A stretch of DNA of 64,000 bases from a virus (taxonomy: Duplodnaviria; Caudoviricetes). Under the pieces are notes generated by a model. The model made no database searches. It saw nothing but the letters and a program-made list of their open reading frames with translations, and was not told the origin of the DNA. This document shows, one piece after another, positions 16,210 to 26,234 of the stretch (positions within the stretch are counted from its first letter, which is position 1; each line of letters starts with the position of its first letter). The position numbers and the translations under genes are program-made. The DNA lies in IMG/VR virus record IMGVR_UViG_2511231106_000002, positions 1 through 64,000 of that record; one strand, 5' to 3'.

Positions 16210-17778
16210 TTATGCTCTGATTTCCGTCCCGTCCTTGAAGGTCACCCGGATATCGTCTTTGCTGTACACTGTGATGAAATCCACCAGGCTGCCCCACAGC
16301 CGGGCATCGAACTCCTTAATGAGATCCTGATTCCTAAGCTCCTTGATGAAGCTGTCCATCTGACGGCTCCGGGCCTTGCGATACTGGATGGCTTCACAGG
16401 TCTTGTCGTACTGCGTCTTCGCTGCTTCATACCGACTGACCAGTTCGTTGTAGTTCCGGTCATAATCATCCTGGTTCTGCGCGACCCTGGCGTTCTCGGC
16501 TATGAGCTGCTGTATCTTGTCGGCCAGCAGGTTCAAATCTGTGCTTATCCTGTCCCGCTCCTCTTCCAAGTCTTCTGTGTCAGTGAGCCGTTCCTTCAGC
16601 AGTGTGATGCTGTCAAGTACGTCCGCTTTGTTTTCGATGAGCTGATTGACGGCCCGGACGAAGGCTTCCTTGATATCATCCTCTGTCAGATGTGGTGTCT
16701 TGCAATGGCTCTTGAACTTATCGTTGCATCGGTAGATGGTTCTGCGGTACTTGTCGGTCGAATGCCAGACCTTGGCCCCGTACCAGCCTCCGCACTGGCC
16801 GCACTTGATTTTGCTGGAGAAGATGGATACGCCGCTGTAACGTCCCCTGCCTTCACGCCGCCGCTTGATTTCTTCCTGTACCCAGTCGAAGACCTGCGGG
16901 CTGATGATGGCTTCGTGGTTATTTTCCACATAGTACTGCGGCACTTCCCCTTCATTCGCTTTCGTTTCTTTGGTCAGGAAGTTGACGGTGAACCGCTTCT
17001 GCAGCAGGGCATCGCCCTTGTATTTCTCATTTGTCAGGATGCTCTCTACCGTCCCCGGATACCAGCGTTTCTTTCTTGCCGGAGTTTCCAGCCCTCTGGA
17101 AGTCAGCTCCCTGGCAATGGAGTGGAAGGTATACCCGTCCAGGAACAAGCGGTAAATCAGTTTCACCGTCTTGGCCTGTTCCCGGTTGACGACCAGATTC
17201 CCGTCCGGTCCCCGGTCATAGCCAAGGAAATGGCCGAACGGCACACACACCTTCCCGTCAGCGAATCGCTTCCGATGGCCCCAGGTGACGTTTTCCGAGA
17301 TGCTCCTGCTTTCTTCCTGCGCCAGGGAACTCATGATGGTGATGAGGAGTTCGCCCTTGGCATCGAGCGTCCAGATATTTTCCTTCTCGAAATATATCTC
17401 GATGCCCTTGTCCTTGAGCTTGCGTACCGTTGTCAGGCTGTCTACGGTATTTCTGGCGAAGCGGCTGACTGATTTTGTGACGATGAGGTCGATTTTCCCA
17501 TCCATGGCATCCCTGACCATCCGCTTGAAGCCATCGCGGTGACGCGTGTTGGTAGCCGAGATGCCTTCATCGGTGTAGATGCCGACAAATTCCCAGTCAT
17601 CCCGTTCCCTGATATAGTTCGTATAATAATCGACCTGTGCTTCATAGCTGCTGATCTGGTCATCATGGTCCGTGGAAACCCTGGCATAGCCCGCTACTCT
17701 CCGCTTCTTCCGGCTGTTAATCGGAGCCGCCGTATAACGGCTGATGGTGGCCGGGATGGCCCTTACTGTCTTTGCCAC
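16210..17778 (-). CDS. Large serine recombinase 2
   Basis: YARVSTD, DEGISA, TKSVSRFARN, AQEESRSISEN, Zn ribbon CGQCG, coiled coil. Confidence 0.95.
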   Translation of the reverse strand: MAKTVRAIPATISRYTAAPINSRKKRRVAGYARVSTDHDDQISSYEAQVDYYTNYIRERDDWEFVGIYTDEGISATNTRHRDGFKRMVRDAMDGKIDLIVTKSVSRFARNTVDSLTTVRKLKDKGIEIYFEKENIWTLDAKGELLITIMSSLAQEESRSISENVTWGHRKRFADGKVCVPFGHFLGYDRGPDGNLVVNREQAKTVKLIYRLFLDGYTFHSIARELTSRGLETPARKKRWYPGTVESILTNEKYKGDALLQKRFTVNFLTKETKANEGEVPQYYVENNHEAIISPQVFDWVQEEIKRRREGRGRYSGVSIFSSKIKCGQCGGWYGAKVWHSTDKYRRTIYRCNDKFKSHCKTPHLTEDDIKEAFVRAVNQLIENKADVLDSITLLKERLTDTEDLEEERDRISTDLNLLADKIQQLIAENARVAQNQDDYDRNYNELVSRYEAAKTQYDKTCEAIQYRKARSRQMDSFIKELRNQDLIKEFDARLWGSLVDFITVYSKDDIRVTFKDGTEIRA

Positions 17779-19442
17779 TTTTCTCCGCTCTCCTTTCTCC
17801 GTGCCTTGGGACGCCGCTTGGATGGCGTAGGCGTATAAGAAATCTCTTCTGTTCTCCCACTCTTGAAATGGACAGTCAAGCAGTCTGGCTTTCCGGCTTC
17901 GATAGATTCCACTTTTCCCCGGAATCTATCCTCATCAAAGTCCTCTAACCCCATGGCCTCTGCGGCCACACGCTTCAGGTCATCTTCCCGGATGCTGACC
18001 GATTCACATTTGCCGCCTTTGCTGCATCGCCAATAAACAGGCCTGTCATGCTTCGTTTTGCACCTCCGGAAAGAGGATCCGCACAAGGCGCACCGGACAC
18101 GTGTCGTAAAGGCGGAGAACCGTGTTCCCTTGCCATTGGCCATGTAGTTTTTCATCCATGCCCTCTGGCGATCCTTATACTCATCGGTCCAGCAATCCTT
18201 TTTCGCCGTTGATACCCAGTGCCGGATAAGCTTCTGTCCGTTTTTCATACAGAAAACCATCACGTGGTATTCTGGCACTACTATCTTTTCGACCTGGTCA
18301 AGGAAGGCCTGCTCATCGAAATCATCCAGGCCTAGGACTTCTGTACTCTCCTTTACAAGGACTGCATGCGGGATACTTCCTTTTGCGCCGCAATTCCGGC
18401 CTTTCAGCTTATGGGAGCCACAATCCCAGAATTCTTCAAAGCCCCGGTCTGTGCGGCGATTGTGCATATAACTCCGACCGCAGATGCCGCATTTGATTTT
18501 CCCCGTGAAGCAGGTCGTATTCAAGGACTTATTGGCCAGCGCCCCCAGTTCCTTTCGCCGCGCCATCTCCTGCTGCACGTAATCAAAGGTTTCCTTGTCG
18601 ATGATAGGCTCATGCGTATTTTCAACATAATACCTAGGAAGTTCTCCCCGGTTCTTCTTCCGCTTCTTGAGGATTGGATCCGTCACATATTCCTTCTGGA
18701 AAAGCATATTGCCGGTATAGGTAACATTGGTCAGGACAACCCTGATGTTGGAATCCATCCAGCGGCGGCCATTCCGGGTCGTGATGCCTTCGGCAGCAAA
18801 TTCCCGTTCGGTTTCAAGACGTGACTTGCCATCCAGGAAATTCTGGAAGATGCGTCTGACAACAGCCGCTTCCTTGGGGACTATCACCAGGGTATCCCCT
18901 TCCCAACGATACCCGTAAACACGGAACCGCCCGTTAGGATTCCCCTGCTCAAATCGTTTCTTCACTCTCCATCTGACATTTTCGCTGATGGAACGGCTCT
19001 CTTCCTGGGCGAAGGAGGCCAGGATGGTCATCATCAGCTCGCCGTCCCCGCTCATGGTATGGATATTCTCTTTTTCAAACCAGACTTCGACGCCTAGCTC
19101 TTTCAAATGCCGGACGGTACGCAGAAGGTCTACGGTGTTGCGTGCGAAGCGCTGGATGGACTTGGTCAGGATGATGTCTATCTTCCCGGCTTCGGCATCT
19201 TCCAGCATCCGCAGGAATTCCTGCCTCTTCTTCATCCCCGTCCCAGAGATGCCATAGTCGGCATAGACCCCGGCGTATTCCCAGTCCGGGTTCTTCTGGA
19301 TGAGGCTGCTGTAATAACTGACCTGCGCCGAAAGGGAATGGTGCATCCGCTCCGATTCCATGGATACGCGGGCATAGGCTGCGACTTTCTTTCGCTGCTT
19401 CAAATTTGGTATGCGTCGTTCAATCTTACGGATAGTCCGCAT
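17763..19442 (-). CDS. Large serine recombinase 1 (two Zn ribbons)
   Basis: YARVS, TKSIQRFARN, AQEESRSISEN, CGICG and CALCG; start moved to MRTIRK. Confidence 0.95.
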   Translation of the reverse strand: MRTIRKIERRIPNLKQRKKVAAYARVSMESERMHHSLSAQVSYYSSLIQKNPDWEYAGVYADYGISGTGMKKRQEFLRMLEDAEAGKIDIILTKSIQRFARNTVDLLRTVRHLKELGVEVWFEKENIHTMSGDGELMMTILASFAQEESRSISENVRWRVKKRFEQGNPNGRFRVYGYRWEGDTLVIVPKEAAVVRRIFQNFLDGKSRLETEREFAAEGITTRNGRRWMDSNIRVVLTNVTYTGNMLFQKEYVTDPILKKRKKNRGELPRYYVENTHEPIIDKETFDYVQQEMARRKELGALANKSLNTTCFTGKIKCGICGRSYMHNRRTDRGFEEFWDCGSHKLKGRNCGAKGSIPHAVLVKESTEVLGLDDFDEQAFLDQVEKIVVPEYHVMVFCMKNGQKLIRHWVSTAKKDCWTDEYKDRQRAWMKNYMANGKGTRFSAFTTRVRCALCGSSFRRCKTKHDRPVYWRCSKGGKCESVSIREDDLKRVAAEAMGLEDFDEDRFRGKVESIEAGKPDCLTVHFKSGRTEEISYTPTPSKRRPKARRKESGEKWQRQ

Positions 19443-19459
19443 AGAATCAGCTCCTTTCG

Positions 19460-19495
19460 ACACTATATATCACTCTGTTTGATACAATTATCAAG
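19460..19495 (-). promoter_or_regulatory. Motif II copy 1: TTG(C/A)TA-N12-AGAGTGATATAT
   Basis: Same motif and spacing at 47397-47432 and 48362-48392. Confidence 0.7.
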
Positions 19496-19652
19496 TGTAT
19501 AAGTCCCCGGAAAACGGCGGATAGCGGCGGATCATCTCCTGCACGAAGTCCCGGTACTCCTTCCCGGTGATGAGCTTTTCGGCCAGCATCCGCCTTGCCA
19601 GATGCATCACCACCTGGAAGGCTGTTTCATTTTGAAACGACCTCTTATCCAT
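19491..19652 (-). CDS. Small SHOCT-like recombinase-associated protein
   Basis: ARRMLAEKLITGKEY; usual position upstream of tandem serine recombinases. Confidence 0.65.
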   Translation of the reverse strand: MDKRSFQNETAFQVVMHLARRMLAEKLITGKEYRDFVQEMIRRYPPFSGDLYT

Positions 19653-20046
19653 GGCGGACACCTCCGAACCGGTATGCAATATAGCAGGCATGGGAGCAGA
19701 ACTTCCGATGGCTGTTGCCGTAGACAGTGAATTTCTTCCCGCAAGCCGGACAGGTATAGGTGTAGACTGCTTTCCGCTTCACCAGCTCCAGATGTGCATT
19801 CCACCACTTATTCCGGCAGACATCGCAGCAGAACCTTTTCCGCTTCCGTCCCGGATTCTGTTCAATCGGCTTTCCACACTGCTCACAGACTGCCCCCGCT
19901 GTACTGGCAGCAAGACTGTGCCGTCGGCAGAACGACTTCACCGTGTTGATGGAAATCTGGAGCCGCGCCGCAATCCTGCCATACCCCGCCCCATCCCGGC
20001 GCAGGGCAATGATCTGTTGTTTCTGTTCGTCCGTCATCGAGGACAC
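19645..20046 (-). CDS. HTH plus Zn-finger DNA-binding protein
   Basis: GAGYGRIAARLQISINTVKSFCRR; CEQCG, FCCDVCR, CPACG, FCSHAC. Confidence 0.85.
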   Translation of the reverse strand: MSSMTDEQKQQIIALRRDGAGYGRIAARLQISINTVKSFCRRHSLAASTAGAVCEQCGKPIEQNPGRKRKRFCCDVCRNKWWNAHLELVKRKAVYTYTCPACGKKFTVYGNSHRKFCSHACYIAYRFGGVRHG

Positions 20047-20069
20047 CTCCTGAAAATTTAGCTTTTAGG

Positions 20070-20101
20070 AGTAATAGGACAGAACAGCTATCGTTAAGTA
20101 C
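20070..20101 (-). promoter_or_regulatory. Motif I copy 1: GTACTTAAC-N11-TGTCCTATTACT
   Basis: 32-bp motif repeated at 58283-58314 and 62779-62810. Confidence 0.75.
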
Positions 20102-20110
20102 TTTGATGGC

Positions 20111-20147
20111 AAAAAAATACGGATGCCCATGTGAGCATCCGATTTTT
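20111..20147. terminator. Bidirectional hairpin terminator
   Basis: A-tract, CGGATGC...GCATCCG stem, T-tract. Confidence 0.65.
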
Positions 20148-20266
20148 CATTACTCGTACTAAATAATAAGTACGGCTGTGCTGTACCTATAGTAGCTGTC
20201 GTTTCAGTGTGTTATAATTAAAGAAACTCAATATAAACACACCACGGCTTAGAAAATTTACAGACG

Positions 20267-20947
20267 GTGTGTACACAAGGAGCTTCTATGGCCGCTATCG
20301 TCACCTTGAATCAAGACAGCCCTTCTGTCCAATATTTATGCAAAAAAGATAAACGACTGACAAAAGTCATCAGCATGGTTGGCCCGATTACCTATGAACC
20401 ACACACTGATAATCCCTTTCCTTTTCTGATCCATGAAATCATCGAGCAGATGCTGTCGATAAAAGCCGGAGCCAAAATCTATGGGCGGTTTGAAGAATTA
20501 TGTGCTGGTCAGATAACCCCGGAGTCTATTTCAAAGCTCTCCGTTGAGGAAATCAAGGCAATCGGTACTTCTACTGCGAAGGCTAACTATATAAAAAACG
20601 CAGCTTCAGCCGTCTTGACAGGAGAACTTGATTTTACGAAGTTTCCTGATATGACAGATGAAGCTGCGCTCAAAGAATTAGTCAGTCTTCGCGGCATTGG
20701 TACTTGGACTGCAAAGATGTATTTGATCTTCGTCCTGGACAGACAGGATATCCTGCCATTCGAAGACGTTGCTTTTTTACAAAGCTACAAATGGCTTTAT
20801 AAAACAGAAGATGTGTCGAGAGCATCCATAGAAAAGAAATGTAAAAAGTGGAAGCCCTACTCCTCCATTGCTGCCCGGTTTCTTTACCGGGCTTTGGACA
20901 TGGGATTTACAAAAAAAGAATTTCATCTATTTAAAAGGAATGATTAA
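20267..20947 (+). CDS. AlkA-like HhH-GPD DNA glycosylase
   Basis: IIEQMLS, LVSLRGIGTWTAKMYLIF, DILPFED, WKPYSS; TGnTATAAT at 20210-20218. Confidence 0.88.
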   Translation: MCTQGASMAAIVTLNQDSPSVQYLCKKDKRLTKVISMVGPITYEPHTDNPFPFLIHEIIEQMLSIKAGAKIYGRFEELCAGQITPESISKLSVEEIKAIGTSTAKANYIKNAASAVLTGELDFTKFPDMTDEAALKELVSLRGIGTWTAKMYLIFVLDRQDILPFEDVAFLQSYKWLYKTEDVSRASIEKKCKKWKPYSSIAARFLYRALDMGFTKKEFHLFKRND

Positions 20948-20949
20948 TT

Positions 20950-22038
20950 ATGGGAATGCGAGAAGAAGCAGAAAAAATACTAAAAAAAGCATATGCTGTT
21001 GCGAGTTATAATCCAGAGTCAACTTGTACACATGAAGAGTTAATTGATTATGTTATTGACAACACCCATCTGACTTATAAATATGTACTGTTTACAGCTC
21101 TTTTATCTAAAGCTACTGATGAAAAAATAAATCCTCTTTGTCTTCAAAAGAAATCAACGCTTCCAGGAGCCTATGACGCAAGAACAATTTGTCATAAAGT
21201 AATTGTGCCTTTTGAGATGGAAGTCTTAAAAAAAGCGATGGGTGGCTCTAATGAACCTTTTTTAAACAAACCGGCCCGGTTCCCTGAACTAAGCAAAACC
21301 AACGCAGTTCGCAGAGGAAATGACCAAAATATATTAAATGCATTATGTGATAATTTACCTACAATAAAAACATCACAAGATGCATTTGATTGTTTGGTGT
21401 ACTTACTCTGTAAATTAATCAAATTACGAGATGCACAAAAAAAATCTTTGAATTTCTATGTACGTGAAACTTCGAATACCCCAGCTTTGTTATGGACATA
21501 CATCATAAAAGCGCTGAAAGAAAGCTTCGAAGGTGAAATTCTTACTTTAATGGTTGCAGGAACGTATCATTTAATTTATAAAGACCGTCCTGGTGCAAGA
21601 GTCGAAGTCCATCCCGTTAATCAAAGCGGTGCGTCAGGACGAGAAGTCAGCGATTTAGATATCTACGTCGATAATGAGTTAATTTCTTCTAACGAATTAA
21701 AAGATAAAAATTTCTCTGAACCAGATGTTCGACATGCTGCAGATAAAGTTATTACTGCAGGCGGAAATCATATGTTATTTATTTTTGGTCCTCGAGCATG
21801 TCCTGAATCAGATTTCATTAATGATATTCAGCAAGAATATCTAAGTAAAAATTTTTTCTTACGTGTAGTACCCTATAACGAATTCTTTTCTAGCTTACTG
21901 AACTGTATCGCCGAACCAGACACTAAAGAATTTATGAAGTTCATTCTAAAAGTTGCGCATGACACTAAATTCAAAGAAGAAGTCATCGCATACCTAGACG
22001 CCTTAGGTCAACAAATTTTTGGGTTGAAGCATATTTGA
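20950..22038 (+). CDS. Type II restriction endonuclease, SacI-like family
   Basis: YDARTICHKVIVP, SNEPFLNKPAR, D..ELKD catalytic-type motif; convergent with a C5 MTase. Confidence 0.75.
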   Translation: MGMREEAEKILKKAYAVASYNPESTCTHEELIDYVIDNTHLTYKYVLFTALLSKATDEKINPLCLQKKSTLPGAYDARTICHKVIVPFEMEVLKKAMGGSNEPFLNKPARFPELSKTNAVRRGNDQNILNALCDNLPTIKTSQDAFDCLVYLLCKLIKLRDAQKKSLNFYVRETSNTPALLWTYIIKALKESFEGEILTLMVAGTYHLIYKDRPGARVEVHPVNQSGASGREVSDLDIYVDNELISSNELKDKNFSEPDVRHAADKVITAGGNHMLFIFGPRACPESDFINDIQQEYLSKNFFLRVVPYNEFFSSLLNCIAEPDTKEFMKFILKVAHDTKFKEEVIAYLDALGQQIFGLKHI

Positions 22039-22066
22039 CTAATAAAGATGGAGAAATATGAGTTCC

Positions 22067-23134
22067 TTACTCATACTTCTCCATGTACTTCAATGTAGCT
22101 TTAGCTACAGCCTCGGCTAGATTGCAAGGTACAGCATTACCAATTTGTGTATATATTTTCCCTTTATTTCCACAAAAAATATAGTCATCAGGGAAAGTCT
22201 GTATACGAATAGCTTCATTGATTGTCAAACGACGTAATCGTTTTGGAGCTTCTTCGAATTGGGGAGTTATTGATCCATCAAGTAATCCTTTATGGTATTT
22301 TACTACCCAGTCTTCATCAGCCTTTCCGTACAAATATTCTTCATCTACAAAAGGAGTTTTGTTTCCTCCCATAGAAGCTGGCAGCGTATTTGCATATCCA
22401 TCGATATTGATTGGTCTTCCCTGGCCATTGAAGTACATTCCTGCATATGGTGATTTTCTCATAATTGGATGAGTTGCGAATGTAATTTTGGCCGTACATG
22501 TATTTGGGTTTTTATCCGTACCAGCCTTTCCTAAATCTTTTAATAAGTCTCTAATGATAGGGGCTTTTTTCTTTTCCTCATCTAAAAGCTCATTCATATG
22601 GTACTCGAAAAAGATGTCTGAATTATCCCTAACCCCAACAAAAAATACACGTTCCCTTTTTTGCGAAACATTAAACTCAGTTGCATTCAAAACAAAGGGT
22701 AAGCATTGGTAGCCTAACATTGCGGCTGTATCTAAATATCGTTTTCTGACGTCCCCCCACTTTTCTAACTTTGCCAAAGCTTTTACATTTTCCATCACGA
22801 ATGCCTTGGGCCGTACTTTTTTTATAACATCCAGAAATGTAAAAATCAATTTACTTCGACTATCATCAGGGTCCATTTTACCCGCTACAGAAAACCCTTG
22901 GCAAGGCGGCCCCCCAAAAACAAAATCTACTCCAGAATACTTATCAAGCTCATTAATGACATTGTTGATGTCATCATTAATCATTCTGCTTTCCTGATGA
23001 TTGGCTTTATAAGTTTCTGATGCTTCTGGCATAATTTCGTTTGCAACAAGAACTTGGATTCCCGCTTTTTCAAAGCCAACATCCATTCCTCCCGCACCTG
23101 AAAACAATGAAATCGCAGTTTTTTTCTTATCCAT
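22067..23134 (-). CDS. DNA cytosine-5 methyltransferase (cognate R-M MTase)
   Basis: FSGAGG, GGPPCQGFS, ENV, QKRER, RIQTFP, QIGNAV. Confidence 0.95.
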   Translation of the reverse strand: MDKKKTAISLFSGAGGMDVGFEKAGIQVLVANEIMPEASETYKANHQESRMINDDINNVINELDKYSGVDFVFGGPPCQGFSVAGKMDPDDSRSKLIFTFLDVIKKVRPKAFVMENVKALAKLEKWGDVRKRYLDTAAMLGYQCLPFVLNATEFNVSQKRERVFFVGVRDNSDIFFEYHMNELLDEEKKKAPIIRDLLKDLGKAGTDKNPNTCTAKITFATHPIMRKSPYAGMYFNGQGRPINIDGYANTLPASMGGNKTPFVDEEYLYGKADEDWVVKYHKGLLDGSITPQFEEAPKRLRRLTINEAIRIQTFPDDYIFCGNKGKIYTQIGNAVPCNLAEAVAKATLKYMEKYE

Positions 23135-23153
23135 ATGAACAACTCTACTTTCT

Positions 23154-23345
23154 TTATTTATTGGCTTTTATATATTTTCCTGTATGTATTCTTGCATCGA
23201 TAGGTTTAAGTGCATCAATCGGAATTGCCCACACTCTACTGAAACGAAAAGCGCCTTCAATTCTTCCTTCGCTGCATAACACTTGAATACGTCGCATAGT
23301 AATATTCCACTTCTTAGAAGCTTCCTTAACCGTCATATATTCCAT
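23154..23345 (-). CDS. Small excisionase-like HTH protein upstream of the MTase
   Basis: MTVKEASKKWNIT.RRIQVLCSEGRIEGA. Confidence 0.8.
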   Translation of the reverse strand: MEYMTVKEASKKWNITMRRIQVLCSEGRIEGAFRFSRVWAIPIDALKPIDARIHTGKYIKANK

Positions 23346-23377
23346 GATTACTTATCTCCAGAATTTACGTATGTCTG

Positions 23378-23406
23378 ATTTTATACCATTAAGCGAACAA
23401 TATCAA
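23378..23406 (-). promoter_or_regulatory. Promoter TTGATA-N17-TAAAAT for HTH-MTase
   Basis: -35 at 23406-23401, -10 at 23383-23378. Confidence 0.65.
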
Positions 23407-23431
23407 GTAAAAACAGGGCTTACGGCTATTC

Positions 23432-23725
23432 TTAATACCGATTTACAAAGACTTCATAAAAGTCACTACGTTTCTCTTCATCATCGAAATCTGCATCAAT
23501 GAACATCTGCAGTTCTTTCTTCATTGATTCATACAGAGAAGATGAATCTTTGGCATCAGAATAAGCAGTGTGAACCATTTCGCCGTACACACCACAGGTG
23601 ATGGCATCGTAACGAATGCATCGTTCTAAGGTAATACGGCATTGTCCTTTATATTCTTCATCTTTTAGAATCTTGCCGCCTTCAGAGCCGATTTGATTTA
23701 ATTCTTCGGTGAGTACCTTCCACAT
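23432..23725 (-). CDS. Hypothetical protein
   Basis: 97-aa ORF with GAGG RBS. Confidence 0.65.
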   Translation of the reverse strand: MWKVLTEELNQIGSEGGKILKDEEYKGQCRITLERCIRYDAITCGVYGEMVHTAYSDAKDSSSLYESMKKELQMFIDADFDDEEKRSDFYEVFVNRY

Positions 23726-23840
23726 GTTGCTTTCCTCTCAATCAGCCATTTACAGTCCAGACATTGAAAGTTCTTATTTTTCATTGTAACATAAAAAGCC
23801 AGTACAGAACATCCTTCCCGATGTCCCATACCGGCTCTTT

Positions 23841-24113
23841 TCATGCAATCTTCTGTTTTACATCAGCCACGATGGCTTTGACCGCCTGCTGCATCAAGGT
23901 GATATACAGCCTGTTCCGGATCTTCACCCACCAGCTTGTGGTGGTCTGGATTTCGGCTTCCAGCGGGTCTGTGAGGTTCTTCATCTGCGCTTCCACCAGC
24001 TTCTGGACATCATCCAGGTCGATGGACTTGATGGCCGCTTCGGCTTCGCTCCTGGCAAAGGATACGACGGCATCGGCGACGGCTTTCTTGATTTCATCAC
24101 GATTCATAGTCAC
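23841..24113 (-). CDS. Hypothetical lysis-cassette protein
   Basis: Overlaps the endolysin end; followed by a terminator-like hairpin at about 23792-23821. Confidence 0.65.
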   Translation of the reverse strand: MTMNRDEIKKAVADAVVSFARSEAEAAIKSIDLDDVQKLVEAQMKNLTDPLEAEIQTTTSWWVKIRNRLYITLMQQAVKAIVADVKQKIA

Positions 24114-24667
24114 TTACCTCCTAGAATCAGCTGTTCGTAATCGGTGATGCCCCGTGCCACTGCTCTGGCCAAGGCATCCTGAGCATTGGCCAGGATTTCT
24201 TCATCACTAGGATTGGTGATGAAGGCCAGTTCGACCAGGACAGCGGGCATGTCCGTGTTCGTGAGGACATACAGGCCGTTGACGCCGGGCGTGGCAATCT
24301 TCACGCCCCGGTCTGTCGTATCCAGGGCATCGACAATCTGGTTCTGGATGCAACTAGCCAGCATGCTGCCACGGTAACTGCCGGCACAGGCCCAGGTTTC
24401 CGTGCCGTTGGCTTCTTCGGATTCAGCGGCATTGCAGTGGATGGACACGAAGATGTCCGCATCACTGGCATTGGTGGCCTCGCAGATTTCCTCCAGGCTG
24501 TCAGACTGGAGCAGTTCTGTTGCTACTCCTGCCGCATTCAGGTAACTTTCCGCAGATTGACCGACTGCCAAAGCGACATCGCACTCACGCAGACCGCTTT
24601 CACTATTGACGGCCCCCGGATCGGGATGGCCGCCCGGCGCATGGCCGGGATTCAGGAATACTTTCAT
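24110..24667 (-). CDS. Endolysin, Amidase_3 type
   Basis: NPGH...DPGA...E, FVSIHCNA, LYVL..TDMPAVLVELAFITN. Confidence 0.92.
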   Translation of the reverse strand: MKVFLNPGHAPGGHPDPGAVNSESGLRECDVALAVGQSAESYLNAAGVATELLQSDSLEEICEATNASDADIFVSIHCNAAESEEANGTETWACAGSYRGSMLASCIQNQIVDALDTTDRGVKIATPGVNGLYVLTNTDMPAVLVELAFITNPSDEEILANAQDALARAVARGITDYEQLILGGK

Positions 24668-24848
24668 GTTTTTCTTCTCCTTTCTGATGAACGGCGGACT
24701 TCACGGTGCCGCCGATGTAACCGAGAAGCCCTGACGCAATGGACATAGCCAGTTCGTTCAGGGCATAAAAAATCGCCAGGATTAGTGCTGTGACCAGACC
24801 GATAATGACGATACAGTCGGGGATATTCACTTTCTCAAACAAACTCAT
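24603..24848 (-). CDS. Putative holin
   Basis: Two short hydrophobic segments upstream of the endolysin. Confidence 0.6.
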   Translation of the reverse strand: MSLFEKVNIPDCIVIIGLVTALILAIFYALNELAMSIASGLLGYIGGTVKSAVHQKGEEKHESIPESRPCAGRPSRSGGRQ

Positions 24849-25702
24849 CCCACCACCTTAACTGTCAGTATGACTTCTGCATTTGTCTCTGAAGATTCTG
24901 CCAGATAAGAATATAAAGCATCTGATATTTCCCCAATCATTATGACCCCCAGATCATTATCTTTCTCATAGAACAATTCTGTGGTATCCGATATTCCTGT
25001 CCCTGTCGTAAGTTCAACTTTGCAACCTGCATATCGTTTTTCTTCATCCAACAGGAACAGCAGCCCTTTACGGCTTCCATTTTCCAGAGCCCCCACGCCG
25101 ACTATCTTAGGGCTTTCCGGGGATTGCTTCGTCGTCATAAGCATATGGCCAGTCAGCCACTGCGTGCCCTGTCCCGTCATCGTAAGGCTTACATCTGTAA
25201 AAGGAACAGTGGGAATCGGGGCGGCGTCGGTTGCACTGACAATCATGCCATTACTGATGGGTGCCGATATATAAGCAAGTTGAGGATTGGTACTGCTGTT
25301 TTCCTGCTCTTCCCCGTTGATAGTGATTTTCCCCGCATAATAATCGGTATCTGCTTTCAAGTTGATGCTCAAGGTATCCTGATACGTTGTAGCATATACG
25401 GTATTTCCATCTGAGTCTGTTTGTGAGGATAACTCCGGATGGTTGCAGGTAAGCGTAATGGTCTGATGCTCTTTTTGAATCAGGGTTATCGTCTTTCGTG
25501 CATCTGCCTGTGACAGGTCAGCCGTCCCCGTCACCAGTTCACCCTCTGAAGTATAAAACTTTTTCCCCTTAGCCACATCGGCGGCTTTCGCCGTTGTGTC
25601 AGACACTTCGCAGAACCGTGCCCTGCCGCCTTTTTTTAGGGGAATCAGGATGGATGGCACTTCGCTGTAACTGGCTCCGGCTATCGTCACATTTACCTTC
25701 AT
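24845..25702 (-). CDS. Tail-associated protein
   Basis: DTTAKAADVAKGKKFY...VTGT repeat type shared with 25715..26221. Confidence 0.6.
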   Translation of the reverse strand: MKVNVTIAGASYSEVPSILIPLKKGGRARFCEVSDTTAKAADVAKGKKFYTSEGELVTGTADLSQADARKTITLIQKEHQTITLTCNHPELSSQTDSDGNTVYATTYQDTLSINLKADTDYYAGKITINGEEQENSSTNPQLAYISAPISNGMIVSATDAAPIPTVPFTDVSLTMTGQGTQWLTGHMLMTTKQSPESPKIVGVGALENGSRKGLLFLLDEEKRYAGCKVELTTGTGISDTTELFYEKDNDLGVIMIGEISDALYSYLAESSETNAEVILTVKVVG

Positions 25703-25714
25703 GGCCTTCCCTCC

Positions 25715-26221
25715 TTACTCGACAGTCAGGATTTTCGTCAGGCTGTCCTGGGAAACGGAAACGGTCGTCAGACTGCCCGTCACCTTGGTACCATTGATGT
25801 AGGCCGTCTTACCGCTGACAATCGTCCCCGCGGCGGCGGTGGCATCACTGGTATCGACTACGCTGGACTTGCCGCTGATGCCGAGGACCGTCACCCCGGA
25901 CTTGATGTTCCCGCTGACCAGCTTGGCCTGTTCCTCGCTGCTGATGCGGACTGCCCCTTTGCCGTTATGGAACCCGGCCGGGATGGTATACGTGCCATCG
26001 GCCTTGCTGATACTGCCGCTGATGGCTCCGTTATTGGGCATGGAACCCGCGACGAAGCCGTTCCCGATAAAAGCGGATTTTCCCGTCAGGATATCGCCCG
26101 ATGCCGCCGCAGCCCCGGTCGTATCATAAAAGACAGCTGTCCCCTGCCCTTCTGCCAAAGGGATGGAAACCTGCGGCACTTCCGCATACACGACCGAATT
26201 GATTTTTACGTTTTTCGCCAT
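25715..26221 (-). CDS. Tail-associated repeat protein
   Basis: Repeats A..GDIL.GK.A / NIKSGVTVLGISG / IVSGKTAYING. Confidence 0.65.
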   Translation of the reverse strand: MAKNVKINSVVYAEVPQVSIPLAEGQGTAVFYDTTGAAAASGDILTGKSAFIGNGFVAGSMPNNGAISGSISKADGTYTIPAGFHNGKGAVRISSEEQAKLVSGNIKSGVTVLGISGKSSVVDTSDATAAAGTIVSGKTAYINGTKVTGSLTTVSVSQDSLTKILTVE

Positions 26222-26234
26222 GTTGATTGCTCCT

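Noticed and set aside
16015-17472. 485-aa plus-strand ORF (and similar long antisense ORFs at 10108, 39146, 49792, 54940 and 58949)
   Set aside because: Shadow frames opposite well-supported genes in GC-rich coding DNA; no recognisable motifs
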